A DNA stretch of 64,000 nt from NCBI GenBank assembly GCA_043228905.1, contig JBHGNT010000017.1:7812001-7876000 (forward strand), read 5' to 3'. The notes beneath the pieces were generated by a model, which was not told where the DNA came from, did not search any database, and was given only the letters and a program-made list of their open reading frames with translations. This document shows positions 1 to 13,836 of this stretch, in pieces. The position numbers were made by a program, and so were the translations under genes. The stretch is from Azolla caroliniana. Lineage: Eukaryota > Plantae > Polypodiophyta. Numbering within the stretch: the stretch's first letter is position 1; each line of letters begins with the position of its first letter.

Positions 1-675
1 GTATGTGCAATTCGAGTTATCAATCTTAAATCTTTCATCAGAGAGGTTTGGCTAGCCTTGTAACGCTCCATGTTACTCTTTATGCCCTGTTCTGTCTAAA
101 GTAATTACACTAATGTGGACTGAATGAGGTAGATTTGTTCAGAAGCTCTGTTCAAGTCACTATTTAAAGTTTCAATTGGTTAATAAATTTAACGTGGCTG
201 TAAATGGATGGAGGCGATTTTATAAGGAAATCCTTCAAGTTTCAACATTGACTTTGAGATGTAACAAAAAATGCTTCAAAATTATTCTCGATTGTGAAAC
301 CTGTAGAGATTTGACAATCAGCAAGCCTGATGTATCTAAAGTACTTATAATAAATTGAAATGTAAATCCTTCAAAGGTCTTCTTAAGTGTGAAAATCGAG
401 CTTGGGAAGTAAACTAAGCTTACGTGTGATGAGAAACCCTACAAGATCAAGGTCATGGACTTAAACACCAGATATTCAGCAAAGATCACTGAGAGAAGAA
501 AGGGAAAAATGCACATTGGCGGTGAGATATATATCACAAAAAATCCTTCGAATACATAATTAATTGTGATATTTTCTTCACCTTAGAAAGCTCCGAAATC
601 TCTTAGCAAGCTGAGAAACTCTAACAGATGAAGATCACATACTAAACCAAAAATATGCGATATTGAGGAAAGGCC

Positions 676-677
<2 letters not shown>

Positions 678-716
<39 letters not shown>
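678..716. repeat. (GA)n microsatellite
   Basis: Direct reading. A (CCT)n tract also lies at 869..893. Confidence 0.95.
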
Positions 717-720
<4 letters not shown>

Positions 721-1019
721 AAGTACCCGGTGAGTAAGTATGTGTTTATTGAGAAGGAAAGGAATGAAAGAGGAGGATTTGAAGGTTCCATGGAATGGGA
801 GGAAGAAGCTCGAGGATTTCAGCAGAATTCCTGCCATATCTACGTACACGACGATTCCTTTTGCTGGTTCCTCCTCCTCCTCCTCCTCCTCCTCTTTCTG
901 TTTCTTCTGATTGTAGGTGTTTTGTTTCTAGTACCATAGTTTTGGGAATTTATACATTTAGCCTCGAACAAAAAACCATCGCCACTTTTATGAGAGATCC
1001 TCATCATGAACCCTTTCTC

Positions 1020-1157
1020 TTAAATGGTTTGGTTTAAATGGCTTGAGAGTTCACAAACGGTTTGTTTTTGTTTTTGTTTTATATAAATGGTTCGGTTGAG
1101 TTCAACTCGGTTTCAAGGCAAAGAAGTTAAACCAAACTGAGCCCATTGCTGCCTCTA
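1020..1157. mobile_element. Probable right end of a hAT-like DNA transposon/MITE
   Basis: Subterminal GGTTT/AAACC/GGTTCGGTT repeats end in gcccattgctgcctcta (rc TAGAGGCAGCAATGGGC), which resembles plant hAT TIRs. The left end was not seen. Confidence 0.35.
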
Positions 1158-1959
1158 GGATCCATTGCTCATCATTGGTCTCCAGATCCCATGGACTCGA
1201 AACACTCACCTCTTCTTTCTAGTATCCCGATGGAAATGCCAACGCAAATGTGTTCGTAGTCGAATCTGAACATCGCATTTTTCTCCTGGCAATTTGTTAT
1301 CATTTCCGGGTTCACGAGGATGTGCCTTCATTGCCACAAATGAATGCCTCTCATAATTGGGTTCCATGGCGCTTTTAAATGCCGATGTTCTTGTAATAAT
1401 CACAACATTGGACTCCATTCGAATGCAACAAATTTCAATAACCTCACATTTGTTAACAACCCGACGATATATAAAGCTCACTGATGGGCTCCTGGACCAA
1501 CGACTCGAACACTTTGTTTTCAGAGGACAAGCTTTACAACGAGACCATCATGCATACATATTTCAATAAAAAGTAGCCTCGTGAAATTATGATGCGATGG
1601 TTCATGCATAACCTAGTGAATTTATGATGCATAAAGGCAAACGTATTGCACGTCGTGATGTGGTTGGCAAATGAGAGCTTAGACTCTAGCACAAAAATAT
1701 TTTCGAGTAATTATTGCCTCCCATGTTTATATTGCTAATTGTGGTCCTCGTTTTCGGATATTCTAAACTTAGCCCAAAGGCTTTCTAGCAAGTAAAACAT
1801 ATCAAATGCGCTATGGTTTCTCAACGTACAAAATTTGGCGTAAAACTTGGTTTGTTTTATCATAAACACGATGAATCAAACTGACCCCCAAAATCTTGAT
1901 TACGTGGGTGAAGTTTACGAGTTCAATGTCAATGGCCTCGTACTATCTGAATGTGTATA

Positions 1960-2415
1960 TGTTAGAGCTTAGCTAATAATGTAAGCATATGATAAGGATA
2001 AAAGATAGATAAATAAGAAAGGAGAGAGAGAAATAAGGGTGTTGATCCACCCGACCACCCCCGAGCGAAGGGATCAAGACGGACTCGAGCCTCGATCGAC
2101 GTCCCATACCACCGTCGTGACGTCGAGTTGTACCTGGTGTTGGCGCGCTCACTACAATAGTTGACCCATCACAATGTCAGAGTCTCGACATAGTTGATAA
2201 TGTGTCAAATGAGGGTAGCTAGGCCTCATATTTATAGCCAGACCTAAGGGCCCCAGGCAAGTTCACACTTGGCCAAATGGGTTGTCTCAATCCCGAGGAT
2301 TAAAAGTAATCCTCCCCTTCTTTACACTCTCGTTTAACCCTCACACTTTATCCACGTGTATAGAATACTACGGTAAATTTTCACCACGGGATATTATATG
2401 GGCATGCTCGTAACA
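1960..2415 (-). repeat. 3' LTR of chromovirus
   Basis: tgttagagctt...gctcgtaaca, followed by tactccccctc (PPT GAGGGGGAGTA on minus, 2416..2426). Confidence 0.95.
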
Positions 2416-2419
2416 TACT

Positions 2420-2906
2420 CCCCCTCTTTAAAACATTGCATTCTTGCAATGGAAAGTAAGGGAAATTAGTTCTAAGAGTATTTTCATGTTCCCATGTGGC
2501 ATCTTTTATAGCCTTATCCATCAATTTTATTTTAAATTCTCAGATTATTTTAGAACGCAAATTTTTTGTTTTAACATCGAGAATTATTTTTGGTACATTT
2601 GGTTTAGAAGATAATTCTTCAGAAGTAACCAGAGTTTCAATTGTCACCGTATTGTCGCCAGAACTAAGAAGATTTTTTAGACGACTTACATGAAAAACTG
2701 GATGGATTTCAACACCATCAGGAAGAGCGAGACGATAGGCTAATGAACGAATGTGTTTGAGGACTGTAAAAGGTCCACAAAACCGTGGGGCTAACTTAGC
2801 GCACTTACCCGTAGACAATGTCTTAGAATTGTGAGGTACACGTAAAAATACCTTCTGTCCAGGGTTGAATAAACGAGGTTGCCTATTATGATCGACATAA
2901 AAATGT
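2420..2906 (-). pseudogene. Chromovirus integrase C-terminus (GPF/Y) plus chromodomain
   Basis: KLAPRFCGPF...IHPVFHVSRLK, then PKIILDVKTKNLRSKII*EFKIKLMDKAIKDATWEHENTLRTNFP with one in-frame stop. Confidence 0.85.
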
Positions 2907-5900
2907 TGTAAAAGAATAGTGTGCGGAAGCAGTAGAAAACCGAAATACAAAAACGCAGGTTTAATGGAGAGCTTGAATATACGCAGTACGCGGGAGAGAC
3001 AGAGAGAGAGAAAGAGCAGAACATAAAACTCTATTCGAAAATTAACTCTAAAACTCTGTACATACAACATGCTCAACAACACTATTTATACAAGTCCTAA
3101 GAGGACTGACAGAAGTACGGTGTACTTCAATGCTCACTCGAGCGTCTGACACTAATTATGAGACATTAACTACCTAGTAGTCTAGGCTGCTACAAGGCTT
3201 CTAGTTATTGCTAGATCCGGTTAACCGGCTCACCGATCCGGCTCAGGCTTATTCAGCCGATCCGGATCCGGTTGAGCTTGCCGCTCAACACTCCCCCTCA
3301 AGCTCAACTTGAGGTTGGATCATAGTGTCAGTCTCCATGGTAGCCAGTCCTTCCACCGGCTCCTTCTGGCGTCACTCCGCCTCGCTCGCACTCCTCGTCC
3401 GGTCCGGTCCCTTTTGCTGCGACCCTTCTGTTTCTGTGCACCTCGACCTCCTCGGTCGGCTTGTCTGCTCAACAGGCCCAAATCAACTCCCTCGTTGCTG
3501 TGACTTCGGCACTTGTCGATTCGTCGATTCCTTCGTGTTGGCATCGACTTTTGCTGCCTTCTCGTCCTCTTGGCCTTGAATTGATCCGGTTCTTCCGAAT
3601 CCGTCTATTGAACCGAATCGACTGTCTTCGATTCCTTCCAATTCTTGTCTGAATCGGTCGCTCCCGATTCGTCTTCTGGTTCCAGGCCCTTCACCACATC
3701 GGACCATGTCCGGGTCTTGGTCTTCTTCTTCCAGTTGGCTCTGCCCTTCTTGACTCTACCACCGCTGCCGCTTGTTCCGACTTGTTCGGATGTGTCAACT
3801 TCCTTTGTCGACTTGGCTCCTTTCTTCTTCTTGTCTCTCCCTTTGTCGGTTCTTCCCTCACTGGCGCAATTGGCAGTTTCTTTGCCTTTGCCCGTTCTCC
3901 CCCTCAAGTGTGGCACGTCGAGATGCTGAACACCAAGCATTTCGGTGAAGTGTTGCAACTTGTCCGATTCGAGTGGTTTGGTGAAGATGTCGGCAACTTG
4001 CCGATCCGTATGAACATATCTAAGTTCGACTTCACCGCTCAGAACACGCTCACGCACAAAGTGGTAGTGCACTTCTATGTGCTTTGTGCGAGCATGGAAT
4101 ACGAGGTTCTTGGCGAGCTGCATGCTGCTTATGTTGTCGCAGTAGATCAGGATCGGGGTCGGCACCTCGATCTGCAGGTCTTGCAACAGTCACCGAAGCC
4201 AAATGGCTTCAGAGGTGGCAACGGTAGCGCCCCGATATTCAGCCTCAATGCTCGAAAGGGCCACTGTTGGCTGCTTTTTGCTGCTCCACGCAACAATCGT
4301 GCTACCAAGGGAAAACATATAGCCGGATGTGGATCAGTGATCCAATGCATCGCCAGCCTAGTCGGCATCGATGAAGCCGACTAGCTCTTCGATTATACCA
4401 TGCCGGTATAACAATCCCCGGTCCTTCGTGCCGCTCACATATCGCAAAATTCGATGCGCGCACAGAAGGTGCTCCACGGTCGGCTTCTGCATATATTGGT
4501 TGATCACATCGACCGGATAACTAATGTCGGGTCGGGTGATTGTCAAATATATAAGGCCTCTGACGATTTGTCGGAACCTCTGCTCATCGTAGGCCGGTCC
4601 GGAGTCGGGACGAAGCTTTTGGTTCCGGTCCAGGGGTGTGGAGATCGGTCGGCATTCCGTCATGCCGAACTTGTACAACATATTCAACACATAGTGGCTT
4701 TGTGAGAGCAATATGCCGTCGAGGGTTCGGATACTGAAGGTCCCCTAGGTCCTTCATCTCAAATGCGTCCGACAATTGGGACTTGACTCGGTTGATTTCA
4801 TCGAGTCCGGGTCCGGTGATGACTAGATCATCAACATACAACAAGATGCAAACCAGACCGTCCGGACCTTGCCGGATGAACAACGAAGAGTCCGACTTGG
4901 AGACCGGAAACCCAATCTTACACAACCAGTGCGTGATCTTCGCATTCCAGGCTCGGGGGGCTTGCTTCAGGCCATAAAGTGACTTCTTCTACCGGCATAC
5001 CGTCGACTTGTTCATCGCTAACTGGAAACCGGGGGGGTTGGGTCATAAGGACCTCTTCTTCAAGATCGCCTTGAAGAAATGCATTCTTCATGTCCATCTG
5101 GTGAAGATGCCACCCCCTTGCCGCAACAACCGCCAGCACCACACGAACCGTCGTCATCTTCGCTACCGGAGTGAAGGTCTCGTCGTAGTCGATTCCGTGG
5201 GTCTGCGTGTATCCCTTCGCCACTAACCGGGCCTTGTACCGGTTAACCAAACCGTTGGCATTTACTTTACCTTGTACACCCACTTACATCCGATCGGTTT
5301 ACAACGTCGGGGAGGGTCAACTAGGTCCAATGTGTCGTTGGCATCAAGTGCCCGCATTTCTTCCTCCATAGTGGCACGTCAATCTATGTCCCTTGCCACT
5401 TCTGCGTAGCTCTCCGGCTCACGCACTTCCACCACGTTGGTCATGTATGCATAGTGATGCGCCATGTACTCATTGTACTCGTACCGCATCACGGGGTTCT
5501 TCTAGCGGGAAGATCGGCGTAACTTATCGTTACCCGGTTTGAGGCCCTTCTTGGCCGGTTTAGACTTCATTCTCGAAGATCCACCTTCATCCTTTCCGGA
5601 GTCTGATCCGCTCCGATCCGACTCAACGTTGCCGGTTTCGTATTCCGGCATCTTCTTCTTCCCCTTCTCTTTGCGCATGAACCGTCTCCTCAATTCCTTG
5701 CGCGGGGAGAGCATGGCAGAGTCTCCATTACCTGTGGATTCCTCATCCGACTGGTCAACCCGACTCAGCCGCTCATTCGGTCCATTTAACCGAAATGAGA
5801 TCGGACTCTCTTCTACAGTGCCGAGGTCTTCATCTTCTATCTGGACCGGTTCAGGCTCACTAACCTCATCCTCCGGTATCGGGTCGGGGTCGAAAGTTGG

Positions 5901-8669
5901 AGCCGGTAAGGCATACCATGATGCCGTCTCATCAAACTCAACATCCCGGCTAACTCAGACCTGCTTTGTCCGGGGGTTATAACACTTATACCCCTTTTGC
6001 TCATGCGAGTAACCGACCAGGATGCATTTCTCTGACTTTGCATCCAACTTCCTCCGCTTCTCATCCGACACATGCACATATGCAATGCTACCGAATATCC
6101 AAAGGTGTCTCAAATTCGGCTTGCATCCGAAATACAGCTCATGCTCGGACACCTTGTTACCGATCCGGTTTTGGATGTAGACGACCGTCTAGACCGCCTC
6201 TGCCCAGTAGAAATAGGGCATGCTCTTCTCCTCCAGCATTGCCATCGTCGCGTTGACAATCGACCGGTTCTTCCTTTCAGCCACACCGTTTTGCTCCGAT
6301 GTGTATCTACAACTGAACTCTCTCCGAATTCCTTTTTGCTGCAGATAACTGTTGAATTGGCCGGAAAAATATTCTTTTCCGCCATCCGACCGCAGGCACT
6401 TGATCTTCCTCTCCGTTTCCCGTTCAACCAGGCTTTGCAGGTTCCGGAAACAGTCAAAACTTCGCTCTTCTGCTCAATGAGGTAGATCCATGTGTGTCGG
6501 TTGTAGTCGTCGATGAAGGAGACAAAATACCGACTCCCGCCAAGACTAACTATCTATGTCGGTCCCCATACATCCGAATGAATAAGTTCAAGCTTATTAC
6601 GGCTACGGTTTCGTTCGGTGGGGAATGGAAGCTGTTGTTGCTTCCCGAGTTGGCAGGCTTCACATATTTGGGCCTTCCGGTCACTGAACTTCGGCAAACC
6701 GAAAACAACTTGTTTTGTTTGCAGGTCTTGAAGCCTCCGGTAATTGACGTGGCCGATCCGCTTGTTGCATAGGTCGATGACCGATTCAACCTTTTGTCCT
6801 TTGGCGAACAAAGCGGTGCCTACGTCATTGGTGTCGAGGATGAACATCCTCCCGTCTCGACGCCCTTGCGCAATAATCTGGCCCTCTTCCTTGATGAAGC
6901 ACCCAAGGTGCATAAACCGCACTTGCATCCCCTGGTCAACAATCTGTCCGACTAACACCAGGTTCTTCGTGATAGTCGGAACATGTAATATGTTCATCAG
7001 CTTCCCCTTCTGTCTGACATGGCTCAAAGGGACTTCTCCAACATGCACGATTGGGTGAGGAGTGTCATCTCCGGTTTCAATGACTCCTGGTTGTTCCGGT
7101 TTCTCCAAGAAGGAGAACGACTCTTTGTGGCTCGTCATGTGATTCGACGCACCGGAATCAACATACCACACTTCCTCTGATTTGGAAGTGGTCTTCTTCA
7201 TCAAGTTAGCCTCGTGTTTCACCACCAAGGTTGGCCCTTTACCGGCTTTTCAGGTTTTGGATCCTCCCGATCCTTCTGCGTAGTGCGAGTATTGTCGGTT
7301 CTCTCTGTCAACCTTGCCGGATCCGGATCTGTCCGAATCGGCGCGCTTCTTCCAGCACTCGCTTTCTCTGTGGCCCTTTTTACCACAATACCAACATTTC
7401 GTGTCGGCCTTTGCTTGCCGGCCTCCGGCGCCGCCTTGACTCCCCCTGCTTGTGGAAGGTCTGGAACTATTGTCGGCACTGTTCTCTATGCCTTCGGTCC
7501 TGCTCTTGCCGGCCGCTACCATTGCGAGCCGACCCGCCTCGTCCACAACGCCCACGGGGCCGATCCGCCTTCGTGTACAACATCCGGTTGTCGGTGGGTG
7601 CACTTGTTGACACACCAGTGTGGTTCTCCTCTACAAGGAGCATCGACTGTAAGTCGAAAAATGACAACGTATTCTCCCTTGTACACACAGTAGTTCGGAA
7701 CGCTTCGAACTTTGACGCCAAACCTCTGACATAGATTTGCACCATATCGGCTTCTTCGATATTCACATCGATGGAGGCCAGAGAGTCGCAAATGTCCTTG
7801 ATTTTGGAGGTGTAGTCTGCCACCGACAAGTCGCGTTGTCGTAGGTTGCTCAGCTCCTGTCAAAGTTGAAGCTTCCTGGCTGTAGTGCTTGCGGCGAAAA
7901 TCTTCTTCAGATTTCCCCAAGCATCTTTCGGCGTTTTTGCATCCCAAATGTAGCTTAGGAGTTGTTCGCCCACACAAGACGCGAAGCAGTACAGTACTCT
8001 GCTCGCCGACTGTTCCCACACCGGGAAATCTCTGTGTGTCGATTAGGGTGCTGTGTCATTTGCTCCGTTGACATAGCTCGAGTAACTGTGCCCGAGTAGG
8101 TATTGGTGCATCTTGTAGGACCAAGATGCATAGTTGTTTCTGTCGAGCTTCTCCGTCGGGAGCGAGCTAGCCATTCCTTTGTCCATCACTTCTCTTTTTG
8201 TTCTTAGGGTTTGTCTTCAAATGCTGATGTCGGTTTGCAGAGGTTCTCAACCCTTGCACTTTGATACCATGTAAAAGAATAATGTGCGGAAGCAATAGAA
8301 AACTGAAACGCAGGTTTAATGGAGAGCTTGAATATACGCAGTACGCGGGAGAAACAGAGAGAGAGAAAGAGTGGAACATAAAACTCTATTCGAAAATTAA
8401 CTCTAAAACTTTGTACATACAACGTGCTCAACAACACTATTTATACAAGTCCTAAGAGGACTGACAGAAGTATGGTGTACTTCAATGCTCACTCGAGCGT
8501 CTGACACTAACTATGAGACATTAACTACCTAGTAGTCTAGGATGTTACTAGGCTTTTGGTTATTGCTGGATCTGGCTAACCAGCTCCCAGCTCACTTGCT
8601 CACCGGTTCACTGATCCAGCTCATCCTTCCGGATGCCGATCCGGATCCGGTTGAGCTTGCCGCTCAACA
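2907..8669 (-). mobile_element. Ty1/copia LTR retrotransposon nested in chromovirus integrase
   Basis: LTRs 2907..3290 and 8270..8669 (TG..CA). TSD AATGT/AATGC. PBS TGGTATCAAAG (8256..8269, tRNA-iMet-like). PPT 3291..3298. The host frame QDRAH|FYVDH rejoins when the insert is removed. Confidence 0.95.
3605..8175 (-). pseudogene. Copia gag-pol, frameshifted
   Basis: gag (KLDRNNYASW; CWYCGKKGHRESEC), protease WYVDSGASNHM, INT (CEACQLGK, HSDVWGP), RT ([15 protein letters not shown]), RNase H (YCDNISS, RTKHIEVHYHFVRE). Confidence 0.92.
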
Positions 8670-11600
8670 AATGCGCTCTATCTTGAGTTGTTTTTATATT
8701 ATCTTGTGTAATATGCAACATATCTTGCATATCCTGAAGAAAGTTTTGCGTACTTCGCAACTCATCATGATGTATATTAACATCAATCGGGGCTCGTAGC
8801 TGACTATATCTCATTGATGTATGCTTGGAGCTGTTATAAGCAAACTCCAAATTTGGGAGATAATGTTCCCATTTTGTTTGTTTTGTACCAACATATGCAT
8901 GGAGCATGTCCTTGATAATTTGATTTATTCATTTTGTCTGTCCATCGGATTAAGGACGATCCGTGGAGCTCATGCTCAATGTAGTTTCTAACTTCTTAAA
9001 GAATTGCGTCCAAAAGTCGTCAATAAACTTTCGATCTCGATCACTCACGATATCCATCGGTAACCCATAAAAATGAAATAACTCGTCAACGAATTGGTAA
9101 GCCAATTTAGGAGTTATTACCGTGGTTTTAGTAGCAATAAATCTAGCCATTTTAGTTAGTTGATCAACCACAACCTAGATGGCATCATGACCTTTTTGGG
9201 TATGAGGAAGGCTAACAATAAAATCCCACTGATTATTGGGAATGTCCAAGGGATGTAAAAGTCTAGCGGCTTTAAGTCACTCAACTTTGTTAACCTAAAA
9301 CTGGTGACATTTAGTCACATAACTATGTATGTCAAAACGCATCTTAGGCCAATAGAATTGAGTGGAGATGAGAACAAGTGTATGATGTATTCCAAGGTGC
9401 CCTGTTGAGGGTGCATCATGGCATTAAAAAAGAATTCTCTTTTTGACCTCAAGCAAATTTGGAACACAAACCTTCCCATTAGGGTATAGCAGACTGTTAG
9501 CAATGTGGAAGGATTCCTTCGAGGATGTGATGGTGTTTGTTCCAGACTCAACTCTTACCCAATATTTCATAAAATAATTGTCATCAGATCAAGATACTTT
9601 CCTCAAAGGTGATCATAAAGATCTGATGTTATTTCAGTGAAGGTAAGCATGTTAACTTCACGGATGCGAGTTAGTGCATCAATGACAGTGTTCATGGAAC
9701 CTTTACTATATCGTATGGAAAAATCAAAGTCCTTGATGAGATCTATCCATCGTGCCTTACGACCTTTAAGGTCTTATTGGTCACAAAATATTTCAAGGAC
9801 TCGTGGTCTGTAGTTACCACAAAACGATTTCCATAAAGATAATGACGCCATGTCTTGAGCGTATGAATAACTGCAAATAATTCTTTTTCTTGCACGGTAT
9901 ACCGACATTGAGCAGAATCAAGTTTCTTACTCTCAAATGTTATTGCTTTGCCATCTTGATATAGGACAACACCTATAACATAATTGCATGCATCGGTTTC
10001 AACCTGAAAAGGTTTTGAAGGATCTGGTAAAAGAAGCAAAGCAGCCTTGCAGACTAGCTCCTTGAGTTCCTTAAAGGCGAGGTCTAGTGTAGCATTCCAC
10101 ACAATAGGTTTTGTAGACTTACGTGTTTGACCTTTGAGAAGATTAGTAAACGGTGTCGTCAATTGGGAGTAATTACTAAGAGATTTTCGCAAAAACCCGA
10201 CAAAACCAAGGAATGATCGAACTTCTCGAATATTCCGAAGAGTGGACCAAAGTTTGACTTTCTCTATGTGAGAAGGATCAATTTCACCTCCTTGTTCGGT
10301 TATGAGATGTCCAAGATAAGTAATTGATTTCTTGAAGAACTCGCATTTTGAGATCTTCGCGTAGAATTTCTTGTCTCGCAATGTTTGTAAAACAAAGCGG
10401 ACATGTTTAGCATGTTCTTCTAACGTATGACTATAAACTAGAATATCATCCAAGAAAATGACGACAAATTTTCCAAGTTGTTCTCGGAAAATGTCATTCA
10501 CTTCTTGTTGAAATGTGGTCGGAGCATTGGTCAAACCGAAAGGCATCACCAAAAACTCATAATGGCCATAGCGTGTATGAAATGCCGTTTTAGGAACATC
10601 TTCCTCACTTATACGAATTTGATGGTAGCCCGTACGGAGATCAAGTTTCATAAAATACCAAGCTCCCTAGAGATGGTCAATTAGATTGTTAGCCCGGGGC
10701 AATGGATATGAATTATTTATCGTCACTTTATTCAAGCGTCGGTAATTAATATAGATACGCCGTGTGCCATCGTTTTTTTTACCAAGAGAACAGGTGCACC
10801 CCATTGAGATTTACTATAACGTATATAACCCATTCGTAAATAGTCCTTGAGGTGCTTAGATACCTCATCCTATTCGGATCAACTTAAGCGATAAGGAGGT
10901 ATACTTATTAGTGCAACACCAGGTACAATATCTATACGATGGTCTATATTACATTTAGGAGGTATCCCATGTGGTAGTTCACTCGAAAAAACATCACGAA
11001 AATCATTTAAGATTTCATCGAGTTGTTGTTGTTCAAAATATGATAATTGACCCGAGACATTATCGATATTATAAATGCGAATGTTTGGATGAAGTACACA
11101 ATAAAATAAAGAAGAACAAGACAACTCGGATATTGATGGAGAGGAAACTATCGAAAGAGATTGTTTATTTACACATTGAATAAAATGAGTACAATCGTTC
11201 AGTACAAAGGAAATGGAATGGCAAACCCAATCAATAGACAAAGAAGAGTTTTTATTATAAAACCAGGGATAACCAAGTATTACGTCAATGGTACAAAGAT
11301 TCATTACATGGAAGTCCACTTCCTCTATATAAGTATCAATAGGAATTCCTAATGAATGAATCGCCTCGTTGATGTATTGTACTCCTCCATCATCCAAGTG
11401 CACCTTATAGGCGTGATCACTTACGATGGGTTGGATTCCCCATATCTGAACTAAACGATCATTTACAAAGTTGTGTGAGCTTCCCGAATCAAATAAAAAT
11501 TGTACAGGAGATCCATTGATATACCCGTTTGCACATAGTAAATCATTGGGTCCCAATACATAGTGAGGGAAAGAACATTTACAATTACTTAAATGATGTG

Positions 11601-12450
11601 TATAGACCTCAAGGACATCATGAATTTGACCTTTATGGTCTGCAACTTTTGTTTTGTTATCGTGCTCTTTTCGTTGGAGCTTTCGACATTGTTCTTTTGT
11701 ATGGCCCTTCTTTTTGCAGAATACACAAAAAGGATGTTGTCACTTGCAATCGTGATCCATGAATTCATTGGTGTGTCTTGCGTTTCCTAGTGAATTGCGA
11801 CTGCTTAGTCTCGGGCACTTCATTGGGTTTGTTATGGTCCTTCTTCGAAGTGTGTTGATAACGAAGAACTATTTCAACGGCCTCTTCGAAGGATTTGGGA
11901 TCCTTATCATGCATTATCCAGTGATAGTCCGAATTGGGGATGTCATTGACAAAACAAGCTATCAACCAATTGTCCCCTTCTAGACCCGATTTTTGGATTT
12001 GGGTTCTAGCATGGTGAACATAGTCTTCTAGCGAGGAAAACTTCCTGCTACAGAGGTTCATTAAAGCTTGTGTTGCCTCAGTTCGAGATGGAGGTTGCAT
12101 AAATTGGCCCTTGAAAATTGTGACAAATTCTATCTAGGTATCGGGCAAATTCCCCAAAGTGCGGAGCCCACGCCACCAGGCGGCGACCTTACCCCCTAGT
12201 TCTCGGCCGACATATGCAATCTTCGTACTACCTGGTTTGGGATAGAGCTCAAAATGAGACTCCCTTCGACCCAACCACGTGCAGATTGCTTCTTCGGTTC
12301 TTTCCTTTTTTTCTCCTGTAAATGGCTTTACGACAAATGATGGTTCACGTTCATCGGGTATATTAGTATCACGTTGTAAACTAATGGCACGTGCCTCGAG
12401 AGCACTATGAGATTGCCAAAGTTTGAACATCTGATGCGCGGTTGAATTAA
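8670..12450 (-). pseudogene. Chromovirus gag-PR-RT-RH-INT, degenerate
   Basis: gag 12430..11765, protease FLFDSGSSHNF, RT (DLRTGYHQI, MPFGLTNAP, FLDDIL), RH (ETDAC, EKELFAV, TDHESL), INT (VDQLTK, IVSDRD, EFAYN). Confidence 0.92.
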
Positions 12451-13836
12451 GGAAATTTTGTATTTATATCAAATACGACTCAATGGGGATTGGCCCAAGA
12501 GGATTTCCTTGAATTCCTTTTGCTTGAGCGGATGACATCGGGTCATTATTATGAGCCATTGAATGATCATTTTTGGCAAAGAAATAGGATATGGTCAGAC
12601 AAATAGTCATAACATTATGCCGTGATGTAAACATATCATGGGCAAACATTCATCGATATCGTGATGTCACGTCAATACCCCTCTAGACGTATGAGATGAG
12701 GTTCAAGATCAGGTTACTATAGTAACACAAAGGTGTTTTAAAAACCATGGGGGTGACAAATGAATGTCTTTCCCTGATCTCTATATCGATTTTTTCATGG
12801 TGGCTCCCCAAGTGCAACCTAATGGTCAAACCGCACGAGCCCTCTTTTCGTAGTAGGCCCACGTGGCCCATCACATGGTTACATCATTACGAATGCCTTT
12901 CGTAATGATGATCTCATGGTGGCATCGTAACCATGTAACGAGGGAGGGATGTTGGATGTGTGTGTCATAGGGGCGACCTCACTTAAAGTGGGTGAAGCCC
13001 TACGCTCTCAACATCATTGTGGCTATGATTGTTTCATTATAACGCATAGTAAGATCAAAGTGACCAACGGGGATGACAACAAAAAAAAATTGTTGAAAAA
13101 AAAAGGATGGTGACTACGACATTCTCACAAAAATGTGAGGACAGCCATCAATATCCTTTCCCCAAAAAGGACAACGTTCGACATACACAATCACGTAATA
13201 AAAGCTAATATATATTTATGTTTATCACATGTATATGATTAAATACGTATACACGTGATTACATATGCATATATTTAAAAAAATCGTAACATTACATAAC
13301 CAACGAATGATGTAAATCGAGATACGAAATCAAGGCATATAGCCTCCACGCACACGGACATCCAAATATAAGGGTGAACGTAATATGCAATTGAGGTATT
13401 GACCTCTTACGCATACGACACCAATCACATATCCTTTACATAGAAACCAAGATATTGCCTCATATGCATATGTAACATATGTATGTGAACGTAATACACA
13501 ATTGAGGTATTAACCTCGTACGCATAAGACACGAATCATATATCAAATATATGTCACATGAGGTATTGACCTCATACACATATGTAAACATTTTATACAA
13601 CCAATTTATTACCACTACAACATCATTGAATCAATGAAAGAAAATACATTTTAACTATACATGATTAGATTGGGAGAAGAAAGAATAGAGAAAAGAAAGA
13701 AAGAAAGAAAGAGTTACCAAAGTTCCTTTGTTGATAGCTATTTGGATCAAACTCGATTGTACATCAATTGATCGCCATCCAACAAGTAAAAAAAAATCAA
13801 CAAAAGAAACATTAGAAACATGGCTCGAATACCAAT

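Noticed and set aside
583-1569. Short ORFs around the GA/CCT microsatellites and at 1206..1569
   Set aside because: Repeat-driven or lacking any recognisable motif.
2540-3082. 180-aa ORF as a gene
   Set aside because: It is a chimera of copia LTR sequence fused in frame to the chromovirus integrase tail.
13821-13834. Self-priming PBS in the chromovirus
   Set aside because: No complementary sequence was found in its LTR. It fits a tRNA-iMet PBS with 2 mismatches.
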